A stretch of 64,000 nucleotides of DNA from Macrostomum hystrix (Eukaryota; Animalia; Platyhelminthes): NCBI GenBank assembly GCA_950097015.1, contig CATNEN010000030.1:4588001-4652000 (forward strand), in the 5' to 3' direction. A program made the translations under genes and the position numbers. Below the pieces are notes generated by a model. That model saw only the letters and a program-made list of their open reading frames with translations. It ran no database searches and had not been told where the DNA came from. This document shows, one piece after another, positions 25,471 to 37,400 of the stretch (the first letter of the stretch is position 1; the number at the start of each line of letters is the position of its first letter).

Positions 25471-28400
25471 ATGGCAGGTATGATATGAAGTGAGAATTAA
25501 GTTAAATTAACTTAAATGCTCGTTTCATATTGGCTGCATTGATTGAATTTGTCTATCGTCGAAACACTCGGCCCTCTAAATGAATCCGATTCATAACCAT
25601 GGATGAAAAAAAGTTATTATTTATCTATGTTCATAACCATAATAATGACATTTCAATCAATTTCATGCTTTCTAAAAATATTTTTTGGTATTTCTAAACT
25701 ATCTGTCTTTTGGAGACTGTCTCCACTTCTGCAGGAAGCCAAATAATTAGTAATTACAGAGCTGGGTGTCTGACAACTGGTTTTGCGCTAACTATCGGAA
25801 GGCATCCGCAGAAATTATTTCTTTGTATCTACGAAAAAACACATATCATGACTTAAACCTACCACAGGGAAAAACTACTCATGATTTACTGTTTGAATAA
25901 ATGAGACAACAGCCCGAGAAAATGCCCGAGCTTGACAAGCCTCGCTAAAGACGCTTTTTGAAGGCTGCGAACTGGCTAGAATCCTGCTGTTTAAGCCGCA
26001 GCTTATGCAACCAGAGTGAGATACATTGCGCAGCAGCAGTACTGAGTGCCGCAGTGCCCTGGAAGCTATTTATGCATGCTTAATCTATTGTCAATGCTGC
26101 CTGAGCTGGCCACCTACCGAGCGCAGTTTAATTCGCATTGCGCAGGTCGCTGTTAACCCTCAGCCCACTAGGCAGACTGGGAACGTATATTAGACAAGTA
26201 ATATTTGTGGGTATCCATATTGAGTCTAAGTATGAGTATCTCAGCATTTGCTAGCGATAAAAGTGTTTTCCCAATTGTTCTCAAGGATTATGCTGCCTTA
26301 CTAGATTTTATTTGAGCTCATTTTAATAGCTTTTTGGCTTTTTTGGCTTCGTTTGGCAATCGCGTTCACATTTTAACCTTGGATTCAACTAGCAATCAAT
26401 GAATTAGCAGTGCTTAGTTGCATTTGGTCCCATTTTAGAGGCAATAATGTCTCAGCCAATAAAGTTAATGCTCTCGGCGTTCAGAGCTTTTCTCATTGGT
26501 TGATCAAGACGCGAGTTTGACAGTAAAAATGACCCCCGGTCTCAAGCGGTAGGTTATCAAAGTTTTCCAATGAGCACAAATCTGAAGCTTCAGATTATTT
26601 TTCTGGCGAATAGCGCTCTCCATTCAAGATACATCTGTATTAGTAAATAACTCTAAAAGACAGGTGACCATGGGTGAGTTAACAATGATTCAGCATCTTA
26701 GATGCTTAGATTCTACTGATGATCTTTGAAAACTCTTGCGTATTTCCAAGTTATCTATAGAAAAAATCGTCTCCAAGCTACAATACGGACAGCTGACTAC
26801 CTCGCTCAATAGGGGGTCAGTGGCAGAGCGATTAACGCTTTTGCCTCTCGCACCTATGTCCCTGAGCTCGATTCCGCAGCGAGGTCACATTTATTTGAGA
26901 CACAGCCGCGGAGAGAGAAGGCTTTGAGGGCTTGTCGTGCAACTTTCGCCCTTGAAGGCCACCTCCAAGGGACAGTGAAGTGTACACTGCCTGACGATGA
27001 GAAAGTCAGGGCAGATTTATTATTAGTAGCTCGTATTATTATTAATAAAACGCGCACACCATCTATGGGTGCTGCTTTTTTCCTTTTATATATATTTTTG
27101 ACAACAAATACTCGTATTTTACTGGGCAACAAAAAACATAAAGAACGAAGTTTTGTAGGATCGACTATTGAGGGACACCAGGAATAAAAAATATGAAATA
27201 TATATTGTTAAATGTTAATACGAGCTCGTAGCTTCAGGGCAGCTGTTCCCTTATTTTATAGATTTCTATGATGTACTTTGCTAAAGCTTCAGCGGTTTCA
27301 CTATCGTCTTGTGCCATTAAGTTACACACCTGTGTGAGTGTGTGCCTGCGTACGGTATCTGTGCGTATGTGCTCAGGAGTTAACGAAATGGGCAGAATTG
27401 CCTCGTCTCTGGCTGCGGGTCTAGTGTCACCAAATGATGTGCCATTGCCCGCAGCCCTCCTGCAAATATTATTGTTCCCTCACTCAATCAGCACTTAAAG
27501 CTAATACGAAAAATTTAAAGATAAAGAGCGCTCCATATTAAGCGTCCTCGGCTGCTTAGTTTTCTTGCCAGTTCTTGCAGGTTCTTTCCTGACAATTTTT
27601 TCAGCTGCTGCATCTCTGGTAGCCAAGGCTGAAGCGGACAGCAGGGCTACAGCCAGCCAGCAGCTGCCGCCGCCGCCGCATGCCCTGTGGATTCTGCAGC
27701 AGTACTGGCAGTTGCAGCTGCAGATCCGAATGCTACAGCATGAGTATGCTCAGATTTCACAATGGCAATCTCATCCAATTAGATTTCCAGCCAGACAGCG
27801 CGCACAGCCACAGAAGACAAGCCGATTTGACTTCAGCCGCCTGGCCCAGTCCTGCCTGGAGGCCGACCATGAAGCTCCTGCGCAGCTCGGTCGAGCAGCC
27901 GGACCCTCGCAGCCTTCACAAACCCTATCAGCCCCACGTCTGCTCAAAGGCGCGAAAGGTCGCGGCCCTGGAAGGTGAGAATGGTATAATTAAATGTGAA
28001 ACGTGATTGGTTGGTGTGATATCCATCGATACATCGGATGAAATAACTATTAAACTAAAAGATTGCTAGTCTGCATTGAGGACAAATTCTTGTGGGTGAA
28101 AGAGTGGAGATAAAAATTTGAAATAACTTTCGATTTGAGTCTGGTCGTCAAGTAGCCTGATGTAATATTTCAAACTAGCTAGGATAATGGATCAGGTCAA
28201 AGCCCAAAATTCAACATTTTTAAGCCCCACTGGGGTCGGTACGTGGGTTCGGGCTTCCGTAATAGGCATAGTTGCAACTGAAGGTGTAAGAAAAGATTGA
28301 GATACACGGCAAAGACATCAAAAAGTACACACATCGAGTAAAGTGAGTTTAGCGAAAGGAATCAAAGTAAACAAAAGAACCATTGCTAGTTGTTACAGTT

Positions 28401-28781
28401 TTAGTTGCAATCGTTTTCGTTAGACAAATATGGAATAGAAATACTACTTTTGCATATTATTGCGCCAATAATGCACCAAAAATAGCGATTCCTCCACTTC
28501 TTTTTCTCGTCCTCAGAGCCCGCAAGGAGTACGTGTGCAAGTACTGCAGGCGCCACTTCACCAAGTCCTACAACCTGCTGATTCACGAGCGAACTCACAC
28601 TGACGAGCGCCCGTTTCCCTGCGAGATCTGCGGCAAGGCGTTCAGAAGACAGGACCACCTGCGCGACCATCGCTACATTCACTGCAAGGACAAGCCGTTT
28701 AAGTGTGACGTCTGCGGCAAGGGCTTCTGCCAGGCCCGCACACTGCAGGTGCACCGGACGCTGCACCGAGGCAACGTATGA
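25471..28781 (+). CDS. osr: Odd-skipped-related C2H2 zinc-finger transcription factor (3 fingers), about 213 aa
   Basis: Exon 28517-28781 encodes [31 protein letters not shown]...[13 protein letters not shown]...[11 protein letters not shown], diagnostic of the odd family. Exon 27605-27974 carries SRFDFSRLA (Osr FDFxxLA motif) and joins in phase 2. The 7-nt first coding exon ATGGCAG|GTATGA (25471-25477) is less certain. Confidence 0.9.
26812..27026 (+). mobile_element. tRNA-derived SINE family 1, copy C (3'-truncated)
   Basis: GGGGGTCAGTGGCAGAGCGATTAACGC...GCTCGATTCCGCAGCGAGGTCACAT...GAGAAAGTCAGGGCAGAT followed by TTATTATT. It lies in the putative osr intron 1. Confidence 0.8.
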
Positions 28782-30403
28782 TTCTTGAGCTGGTGTCACT
28801 ACTCGAAAGTTTTATTATCACGAGGCTGGGGGACAATGGATCGGGCTAAAGCTCACACTGCACGGACCCGTCAACGATGTTTCACTTTCATCTATTTTCA
28901 TACAGCCGAAATATTATATTCTACAAGTAAAACCTTCCTTTTTCCTAAATTTGGCATGCTTTCACAAACTGCTTGAGTTTTTCTAACTACATATTCCCAC
29001 TAGCATTTTCCAAACTGCGTATTTCCCAAACTTCATGCAGTTTCAAAACAGAATATTTCCCAAACTGCTTACAGCATTCAAACTGAATGCGACTATTTTC
29101 TAATTTCTAGGAAATGCAATGAGTAAATAAAATTTTGAAGCTGAGAAATTTTGGGAATGTGTTATTAATTTAGAATGTGGAGTTTGGATTTTCTGAGTTA
29201 TCTGATTGCGAAATCCCAAACATTTTCCACTCGGAGTTGGATTGGCGGAGCGGTAGCATGACCCGGATTCAAATCGCATTGTTGTGCATTGTTCTACTTT
29301 AGAAAGAGCAACACTTTTCAACGTCGTATTTCCAAAATTCTACTTGTAGTAGTAATAATGACACGTGCAAGTGTTCCAAAAATTATCCTGTTGATCTCCC
29401 ACTTCTAACCACTTCTAGACTGCTATAAAACCCTAACTCTGATAGTTCTGCGCAGTCCATCCAGCTGGATTTACCTTTTGGAACGCATCCACCAATCACC
29501 CGCAGGTGCCAATGTGCTGATCCACTGAGCCTGCAGCTTCAACACCTTGTTCGTCTCTTCTGCTGAGGCAGAAAAGCAGCTCAAAGCTGATACGATGCAG
29601 AAACTCTTCACATCGATCACAATGAACTCCGAAAGTTTAATATCTTGTGTAAAAAAATTTCAAATTCGTTTTCTTTTTCGAATAAAATTCGAATCCATAG
29701 GCTATTAAAAATGAAACACAAAGTCTAGTGTCAGTAAAAAAAATATACGAGTAAATAGCGTGAAAGTGAAGTCAGCAGCAAAATTGAGTTGTTAAAGACT
29801 GCTATGACTTCGTGGATATTTTGATATCCAGGGTTTGAAAATTTCTGTGAGTCATGCGATGGATGCAGCTAAAATATTGCACTTGGCTGCTTAAGAGCTG
29901 CAATGCAGCTGCCCTCGCATTCAATGAAATTTCAGTTTAGACCAGCTTTGCTATTTTATTTTATAACAAGATTCCACTTCTGATCCCATCTATAGAATTT
30001 ACAACAATGCCAGCTCAATTGTGCCAGTCCTGAATGCTCAGGTACAGGCGTTAGCTCCGATCTGTGCACTGACTCTCCCTACCTGTCAAACATCTTGGCT
30101 GTTAAGCCCGCACGCAGGTATGAACGGTGATGCGTGCTGCAATTGCCATGATTTATTTATGCGTTCCAGCCTCTGGGGACGGCTGAGTTGATGAGGTTCC
30201 CGAAGTAGGTAGGGCTTTAATGAAGCGGCTGCGGACAGGTTGAGCAGCTCATTGTCATCTCAAAATCAACTGGCTTGCACTTGAGCTTTATAGCAACAGT
30301 GGGATGCAATCTGCTTTGCATCTGCTTTAGCATCTACATCTGTTGCATCTGAACAGAAACGAATAAACACTGCACGTCTCCAGTTTGTCGCATCTGCAGA
30401 TCG

Positions 30404-30672
30404 GCTGCTAGAAAGCCTGAGCAGATGAGCTGCTAGAAAGCCTGAGCAGATGAGCTGCTAGAAAGCCTGAGCAGATGAGCTGCTAGAAAGCCTGAGCAGA
30501 TGAGCTGCTAGAAAGCCTGAGCAGATGAGCTGCTAGAAAGCCTGAGCAGATGAGCTGCTAGAAAGCCTGAGCAGATGAGCTGCTAGAAAGCCTGAGCAGA
30601 TGAGCTGCTAGAAAGCCTGAGCAGATGAGCTGCTAGAAAGCCTGAGCAGATGAGCTGCTAGAAAGCCTGAGC
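30404..30672. repeat. 25-bp perfect minisatellite (GCAGATGAGCTGCTAGAAAGCCTGA), about 10.7 copies
   Basis: Exact period of 25 (units start at 30421, 30446, 30471 and so on) with no spacers. Confidence 0.95.
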
Positions 30673-32616
30673 TATAACTAGAAAACCTGAACAGATTAGC
30701 TTTGTACTCCAATTGTACTGAATCTTTATCGTACTCAAGTGAAAGCGTCATGCCATGAAGCAGTAGTACAGGTTTCATTGAATGTCATTGTCAGTTTATT
30801 TGTCAAAAGTAAATTTGACTGTTAATGTGGTACAAAAGAAGTATGTAGAATTGAGGATTCGAACTAATAAAAAAATGCTATTAATATGTACGGAACAATG
30901 TTTGGATCGAGAACGGGCTTTTAGTTATTTACGCCATACGAGCGTATTGAGTTTTAGTTTCTTAAAGAGCGCGAACACTGAACAGAGGTAATATAAACAC
31001 TGCGTTATAGAAGCATATATTCAGTCTAGTGAGGAGTGCTATTCGAGTCATGCGACCTGCTAGCAGAATGGCAGACCAGCAAAAATACAGTTCAAACTGT
31101 TTCACAGATTAACAAGAAAAAATCCAACAGAAAGAGCAGGTATCAAGAAATTCGCAGCAGTTAAGTTAGTTTTATATTTTGCACTTTTGGTCCTGAACTG
31201 GATGGCTGAGAAGTTGGAACTGACAGTATTGGGAATGGTAAAAAGCCAGGCAAAGGAAAGCTCGCCCATGTAGTGTACTGCCTAGTTCTGGGAGCATTTG
31301 GGGTTGAGGGTGGGGCATCACGTCATGTTGTTTTGTGAAAAATCAATCAGACAGACTTCAGGGCTAATCCTGGGGTATAAGCTAATCAGTTCGATCCGCG
31401 GGAGCGGAGCACATCAACAGGGCAGCTAACTTCCTGCTTCTAAGCAGCTTTGGTGACAGAAGGTTTGCCGAGTGCCAGTCAATTCTGTCGAAATTCTTGC
31501 AGCATCAGGGCTATCAGATTTTCAGGCCAATCCCACAAGCTGCTGCCTCAGGGCAACCAGTAGCTGCACCAAGAAGCTTACAGGTGTGATAAGATTGATG
31601 CCCGACCCTTTCTAACTCTGCTATTTTCGGTCGTGTTCGACTTTTGACTTTGACAAAACTTCGTTTTTTATGTCGCTAGGATCAGGTGCCTGTAAGAAAA
31701 TCGAATGCAACGTCAGTTGTGAAATAAATAATCAATGTTGAGATGGTCACAATAATCAATTTTGTTTGCAACAGGTGTGCCTGATTTGCTACGAGTACTA
31801 GCCTAGTATTCCTGATGCTTCAAAAGTTCAGAAAGTTCAGTGGCCACTAGATTCGCGCTGATCAGCGTTCGAGCTAGCCGTGTCAAGCCACTCTCATCGA
31901 TAGTTTGTCGTCAAGAATAAAGTTGATCTCTTTCCTTGCATAATAAGTGGCGCGTGTCGAACAGTGGAATCAGGGCTGTCTCTGGGTAAAGTAACAAGTC
32001 GACGTGTGACATGGAACGCAAGGATGGAAACGTATGGAAATCAGGGAACCGGGATCAGCAGAACCACAGTGTGTCAGCTACGTGATTAGCATGATGCCTG
32101 CGTTTGTGTTGAATTTACAAATTTTACCTCGAAGTAATCCAATACCAGAACCATGCAGGGGAGCGAGAAGAGACCACGAGTTATCACATGCTCAAATCGA
32201 ATTTTTCTCCAATTTAATTCCTCATGTTTTCCTTCCCACACTATGAAGGTTGGCTTTGTGGTGACACTCAGATAGGAAGCCTTGACTTTAAAAGTTCTCG
32301 CTGAGTGATAATCTCCTGTCACAAAGTAAGATCCTAAGTATAGTGCAGTCCTATATAAAGCTAGTTGTGTAGTTGTATAAAAAGCTAGTTGGGTCTCCTT
32401 TATTAGATTTCGATCATTCTGACATGCCTTAAAACTTTTATGAAGTCAATGAAATTTAAAGAGTATATGAAAACAAGACGTATGCAAGAAGCAAATGTTA
32501 CAAAATAAACGTGAATGTAAGCCGAGTATTTAACTGCAGTTTCTAAGAACATCCCAGCAACAGATTTTTTGCCAGACATGTCGACAAGACGTCATCGATG
32601 AAAAAATGTCCGCCTG

Positions 32617-34449
32617 TCAAACAGCACTGACGGATCCAGAGTGATTGTTCCTCTGTCGCATCGATATCGTCCTAGAGTTGTCGCTGCCAAGGCGGGCCAG
32701 CGGCGAGCCAGCGTCGGAGGTGGCGTCGGCGTCAGCGAATGCGGCCAATACACTGACGGGAGGTTGAAACGCCACGCACTCATCCTTCTCCCACGGGTCC
32801 AATAGGTTCGCGCGCTCAGCGGCCGAGCCAGATGCGACCACTGCTGTTGCTGATGGATTATCCTCTGCGCCATCGTAGTCATCAGCTTCCGCTGACTCGT
32901 CAGCGCCGATATCACCATGGGTGCTAAGGTATAAGAACTCTAAAATCTCGACCACAAAAGCTGCGGTGAGGCCAATGCATAGGGAACAGAGACCACCGAT
33001 TCGACTTAGCAAGATGTTTACATCCAGGGTCAGCTTCTCCTCCTTCACTGTCATGTCCCAGTTTCGACGTCTTATCTTTATGTAAGTGTAGGCATTCTGC
33101 TGCGACAAGTGCTTGCTGTACTCGGAGGAAGAGTTGTCCGATATGTTTCGCCCCACTATTTGCAGAAATTCTGCATTGTCTATAAGAGAATCCCTGTAAA
33201 GGCTCCCCGCCTTGTAGTGCTCTGCTAGGGTAGCCAGCTTGCTAGCCGAGGGCACCCACTTGGCAATGGACAGTGCTGTTTCGTAGGTCGAGTAGGTGCA
33301 CCTTGGCAGACAGCTGGCAGAGAGATTGCGCTTTAGGGATTCCATGACCTCTAGAAGAAGCTGTGCGCAATGCATCCTGTTATTTGCACGTTGCAAATAG
33401 TCCAGCTGAGCACTGCCGTCGCCACCGCCCCTGACGTCTGTGCAGTAGGGAGCACTGGCGTCTGGCACCTTTAGTACTGGCCACAGTGTTGACTGGCAGC
33501 CACAATGTTCTATGAAGCGCTTCTGTAGCTTGGCATTCACGCACTGATGATAGTTTCCAGTATAATCGCGCTCCAAATGCCGCACTGGTGGCTGATTGTC
33601 TCGACAAGCGCGTCTTGGCGTGGCAAGCTTCCGCCAGCCGGTGGTGCCATAGCTGATCTCACTCATTCGGCCCGGCTCAACATTGAAGCCACTTTGCGCA
33701 AAGTCCGGTATCGTGTTTTTCTCGTGAATCGTCACCTTAACGCCTTCACCGCGTGTCAGCACATCGTATAAGAAGCTGCGACTCATTTGCGGCAGCTTTT
33801 CCATAGGCACGAGAGACATGATAACGATAATATATTCAAACTCACGACTGTAGTTTGCGTTGTCTGCGTCCACTGTAAAGCAGTTGAAGTACTCGCCGTA
33901 AGAGAAAAGTCTGACTGACACGTAAATGTCGGGCATCTCGCAGTTGTCAGCGATATACTGGTGACCTCCGACAACAAATACACAAAAGAAGAGACTACTG
34001 CGGCTGTGGCCAATCATCATCGTTTCATTGTAGGACAGCTGCTGGTAATAGGTTTCTATGTTATCGTAAGCGTACATCTGGTTCAGAAGCTGTAGATCTT
34101 TTGCTAGGGCTAATCGGGTAACGTCCTTGAGCATCTGCTGAAAGCGCAGGGGGCTCATTACTGCCCCAGTGTCCCAAAAGCTCTGCGCCTCGTAGCTGAA
34201 CGGGCTGTGTGCGCACAGGGTGAACGAGGGAAACTCCGGCTTCACATCGAAAGCTGTGGATGTGTGCCAGGCGGTATCGTAGTTTAGAAAGTCCTTTACT
34301 AAAAAGCCTGACACTATGATTAGCACCAGAGTCATTACGACTACAAAAGAAAGCCAAAGTATCTTGATAAATGGCGATCTAGCCTTCAGGATTTTTTGTA
34401 CGCCGCGTATCGAGGAGCCCTCACAAAAAAGACGCCATCGGCTTGCCAT
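32617..34449 (-). CDS. DEG/ENaC (amiloride-sensitive sodium channel family) subunit, intronless, about 610 aa
   Basis: A single long ORF (first ATG at 34449; the ORF track opens at a GTG at 34512). It has FCEGSSIRG before TM1, FPSFTLC, YFNCFT, GVKVTIH, a Cys-rich thumb (CGC...PYC...C...CLPRC), and TM2 LLSRIGGLCSLCIGLTAAFVVEILE. Confidence 0.93.
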   Translation of the reverse strand: MASRWRLFCEGSSIRGVQKILKARSPFIKILWLSFVVVMTLVLIIVSGFLVKDFLNYDTAWHTSTAFDVKPEFPSFTLCAHSPFSYEAQSFWDTGAVMSPLRFQQMLKDVTRLALAKDLQLLNQMYAYDNIETYYQQLSYNETMMIGHSRSSLFFCVFVVGGHQYIADNCEMPDIYVSVRLFSYGEYFNCFTVDADNANYSREFEYIIVIMSLVPMEKLPQMSRSFLYDVLTRGEGVKVTIHEKNTIPDFAQSGFNVEPGRMSEISYGTTGWRKLATPRRACRDNQPPVRHLERDYTGNYHQCVNAKLQKRFIEHCGCQSTLWPVLKVPDASAPYCTDVRGGGDGSAQLDYLQRANNRMHCAQLLLEVMESLKRNLSASCLPRCTYSTYETALSIAKWVPSASKLATLAEHYKAGSLYRDSLIDNAEFLQIVGRNISDNSSSEYSKHLSQQNAYTYIKIRRRNWDMTVKEEKLTLDVNILLSRIGGLCSLCIGLTAAFVVEILEFLYLSTHGDIGADESAEADDYDGAEDNPSATAVVASGSAAERANLLDPWEKDECVAFQPPVSVLAAFADADATSDAGSPLARLGSDNSRTISMRQRNNHSGSVSAV

Positions 34450-37400
34450 TTTTCCGCAGATAGCTCGGCGCTCTCCACTTGCCACAGTCGCACCTGCTGG
34501 TGCCGCCGCCACTCCTGCTGTCGTTGGTGAATTGTGAGACGGAATAGTTGGAGCAATCGATTCACCGGTAGGACCTGGCCCGACTGTTGAGTTTGAAAGC
34601 GGAGTGAGTTGAATGCTTCGAAACAGGAGAAAAGCTTATCAAAACAAGCCAACGACTATTTTGCAGCACAAAATGTTTCGAGTGACCTAACTAATTTGAG
34701 ACCAGAGTAAAACTTAAAGAAATGGAAGTTAGTATGAAGGCGACAAGGATTTTGTGTGTATACGCGATTGGTCGACAGTGAAGAGCCAGTGGGGGCTGTC
34801 GGTAGCCAAAGTCATTTGCGACTGAAAGCAGCACCATGGCTTTGCTGTTAAGTATTGACATTGAAGCTGGCACATACGAGCCTAAAGATTACCACGAACT
34901 CAAAATGCACTCTAACATCCCCAAGCTCCCTGCCAAATAGCTCACATCACATTATATTGGCTTGTACTCAAGAAGATATAAGTTTCTTATGGCAATTCAA
35001 TTATTAAGACTCCATCTGTTGAATTCTATAAAGCTCACAAGACACATTAAAGCTTGCATGCTCACAGCTTCGACAAGCTTATTCGAGCTTCCTTCTTTAA
35101 TAATTGATCGGTTGGGACAACAAACTTTTTCCTGACACGAAATGCTTTTTACTTCCTTCTTGTCTGTCCAGGCCATTTAGTTGGCTCAACTTGGTATATT
35201 CGTATCCATATCTCTTTGAGGACGCGGCTATACAAATATGTTGTTGGAGAGAAACGAAGGAAACGGCGAATTCTTATGGTGGCAAAACTACGCAGCTTTA
35301 AATTCAAGATTGATGGCACCCCGCTTCACTCATATACTGAAGCGCTTAGTCGTAAGCTAGTTCACCGCTGTGTACTTACTATTCTATTTCCCGATTCGAC
35401 CCGACGTTTTTTTTAAAGAGATTTCCCACTCAAACTGCTTGAGATCGACCCGCCCGCCAAAGCGGCTCCTCGCTACTCCTCTTTTTGCGCCTGCTTCGCC
35501 AGAGTATTCGGTGGATCTAAATTCATTTAGCTGTAAAGCAGTCCATCAGACTGCTTTCAGCTGCTAGAGTGAAAATTAGTTTATCGCCATGCTATCTCGT
35601 TGAAGTAAGATAGTAGGCTCACTACCCAACTGGCGCCAGTAGCAATCGTAGATTCATCGCTGAATTTACGAGAAAAAAATTCTGTTTTTAAATGCATGTT
35701 GATCCCAGGTGACTTGCCCGCACGTATCGAAGTTCCTAAGCCTCGTCGTGTGCAGCTCCTCCAAGTTCGATGATTACGTCTGATCCTCTTCCGAGATTTG
35801 ACCAACCAGATTTTCGTTCAGGTAGGCGATACTCGTGGACTCGCATAAATGAGCTTACTTACTACGTTCTGATACTCCGTTAAAAATCGCTCAAAATATC
35901 TCAGCAACAGGCGGGTTTGGCAAGCAAAGGTGATGGACTCTGTCCTAATCCATGGCATGTTCCGCTCTCCCTCTAATCCGATACACACAGACTGTGGCAT
36001 CGATCTGGTGCACTTTTCGCAAGTTCTTTTCAGCGAAGAAGCATGCTTACTGCATTTTCCATTCCCGCCCCTCCGTAGCCCTAGGCTGTCTAAGAAGCCG
36101 CTATTCTGCTTTTTGGTGGCGCCTATGCTTCACGCCCGGCCCAGCAAGGAGCAAAAGAAAATTTTAATTGCAAAGCCACCCCGCTGACATGAGTTGAGGC
36201 TGGGGTCCTACTTCTCTTTCATTCTACTTCACCTAGCATCTTTCCTTGTTGCTTCAGACGTCTGAGCTGCTTCTTAAAAGCAGGTGTTGGGACTCCCCAC
36301 TGCCTACAGTTGGGTTTCGCGACCCTAAGCGACAGCTTTGCTTTCGTGCTTAAGCAAATGAGCGCCACTTAAACTTACTTCTCCCACAGACAATCGCATC
36401 AGGCAAGAAGTAAAGCTTTTGTACTGTCATTTTTGCCGTTGTTTTTTTTCAGTTTATTGGCACTGAAATGGCCCTATCTAATAACACCCTTTTTCATCTG
36501 TCAAAAAATGAGCACGAAATGCGTGACAATACGATAACAACAATTCTCCTATTTGTTTTATTTCAGACATTACTGCGTTCCTTCGAAATTCTCATCCACG
36601 ACCTTGATGAAAAGTGCACGTGTAAAAAATGGAAAATTCGGAAGCTATTGAACCCCGAAAGCTAAAAAGCTAAAAATGTGACAGAATAGCAGACCCACTT
36701 TTTACGATTTGCAGGCAATAAGTTTCCCGTTTGTACGTTTATGATGGAGTCGCAGAGAGTAAAACAATGGGAATTCAAATTCTTTCCGTCAGCCTGCAGC
36801 TTTGAAGAGGGAGCTGAGATGCAGGTGAACAGGAATTCTCAGCACTTACCATCCTCCTTTATCTGCTTGGCTTTAGCGACATACTCCGAAGCATTCAACA
36901 TGCCGATGAGGGTTGCTGAGGCCGATAAGGGACAAAAAATAGGCAAGCGCCTAAATGCGTCTACCTATGCAGCTCATACACGGTGAGCAGGAGACCGTTG
37001 ACCAGAGAGGCCGGGTGTGGATGCGCTGATATTCAGCCCCTGCTTTAGTAGTTGCAGCCAAAATTGTGAGAAGGGCAGAGCGAAAGCGCCCAATGCATTC
37101 TCTATGCCTGCAAATTGTCGGCCCGATCTGCTTGTCCTGCCTTCCTGTGGATTTGAGGCACAGCAGCCTATGGTGGCTTAGTTTCATTTGCTCCAGCCTA
37201 CCCACCCCAGCCCAGCCCCCCACTGTCTCTTTCCCGCTTTCGCTGCTGCTGCTTACAGTCTTGGTGTCTGTCACCTTATTAAATGCCGCATATCTACAAG
37301 TGTCTCTCCGAGTTTTAAATCACTTTTTAATCACTTGGTGTCGAGGGTTTGGCAGACAATCAGCTGAAGACCTTCAATCAGGGCTGATAAGAGGGAAATC

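Noticed and set aside
26812-26890. tRNA gene (also at 62875, 13743, 8040 and 20421)
   Set aside because: A/B boxes are present, but the heads are degenerate and continue into shared non-tRNA bodies, which fits SINE heads.
28401-28799. 132-aa antisense ORF over the osr zinc fingers (similar shadows occur over CBP, DEG/ENaC and the protocadherin)
   Set aside because: These are shadow ORFs of GC3-rich coding exons with no recognisable motifs.
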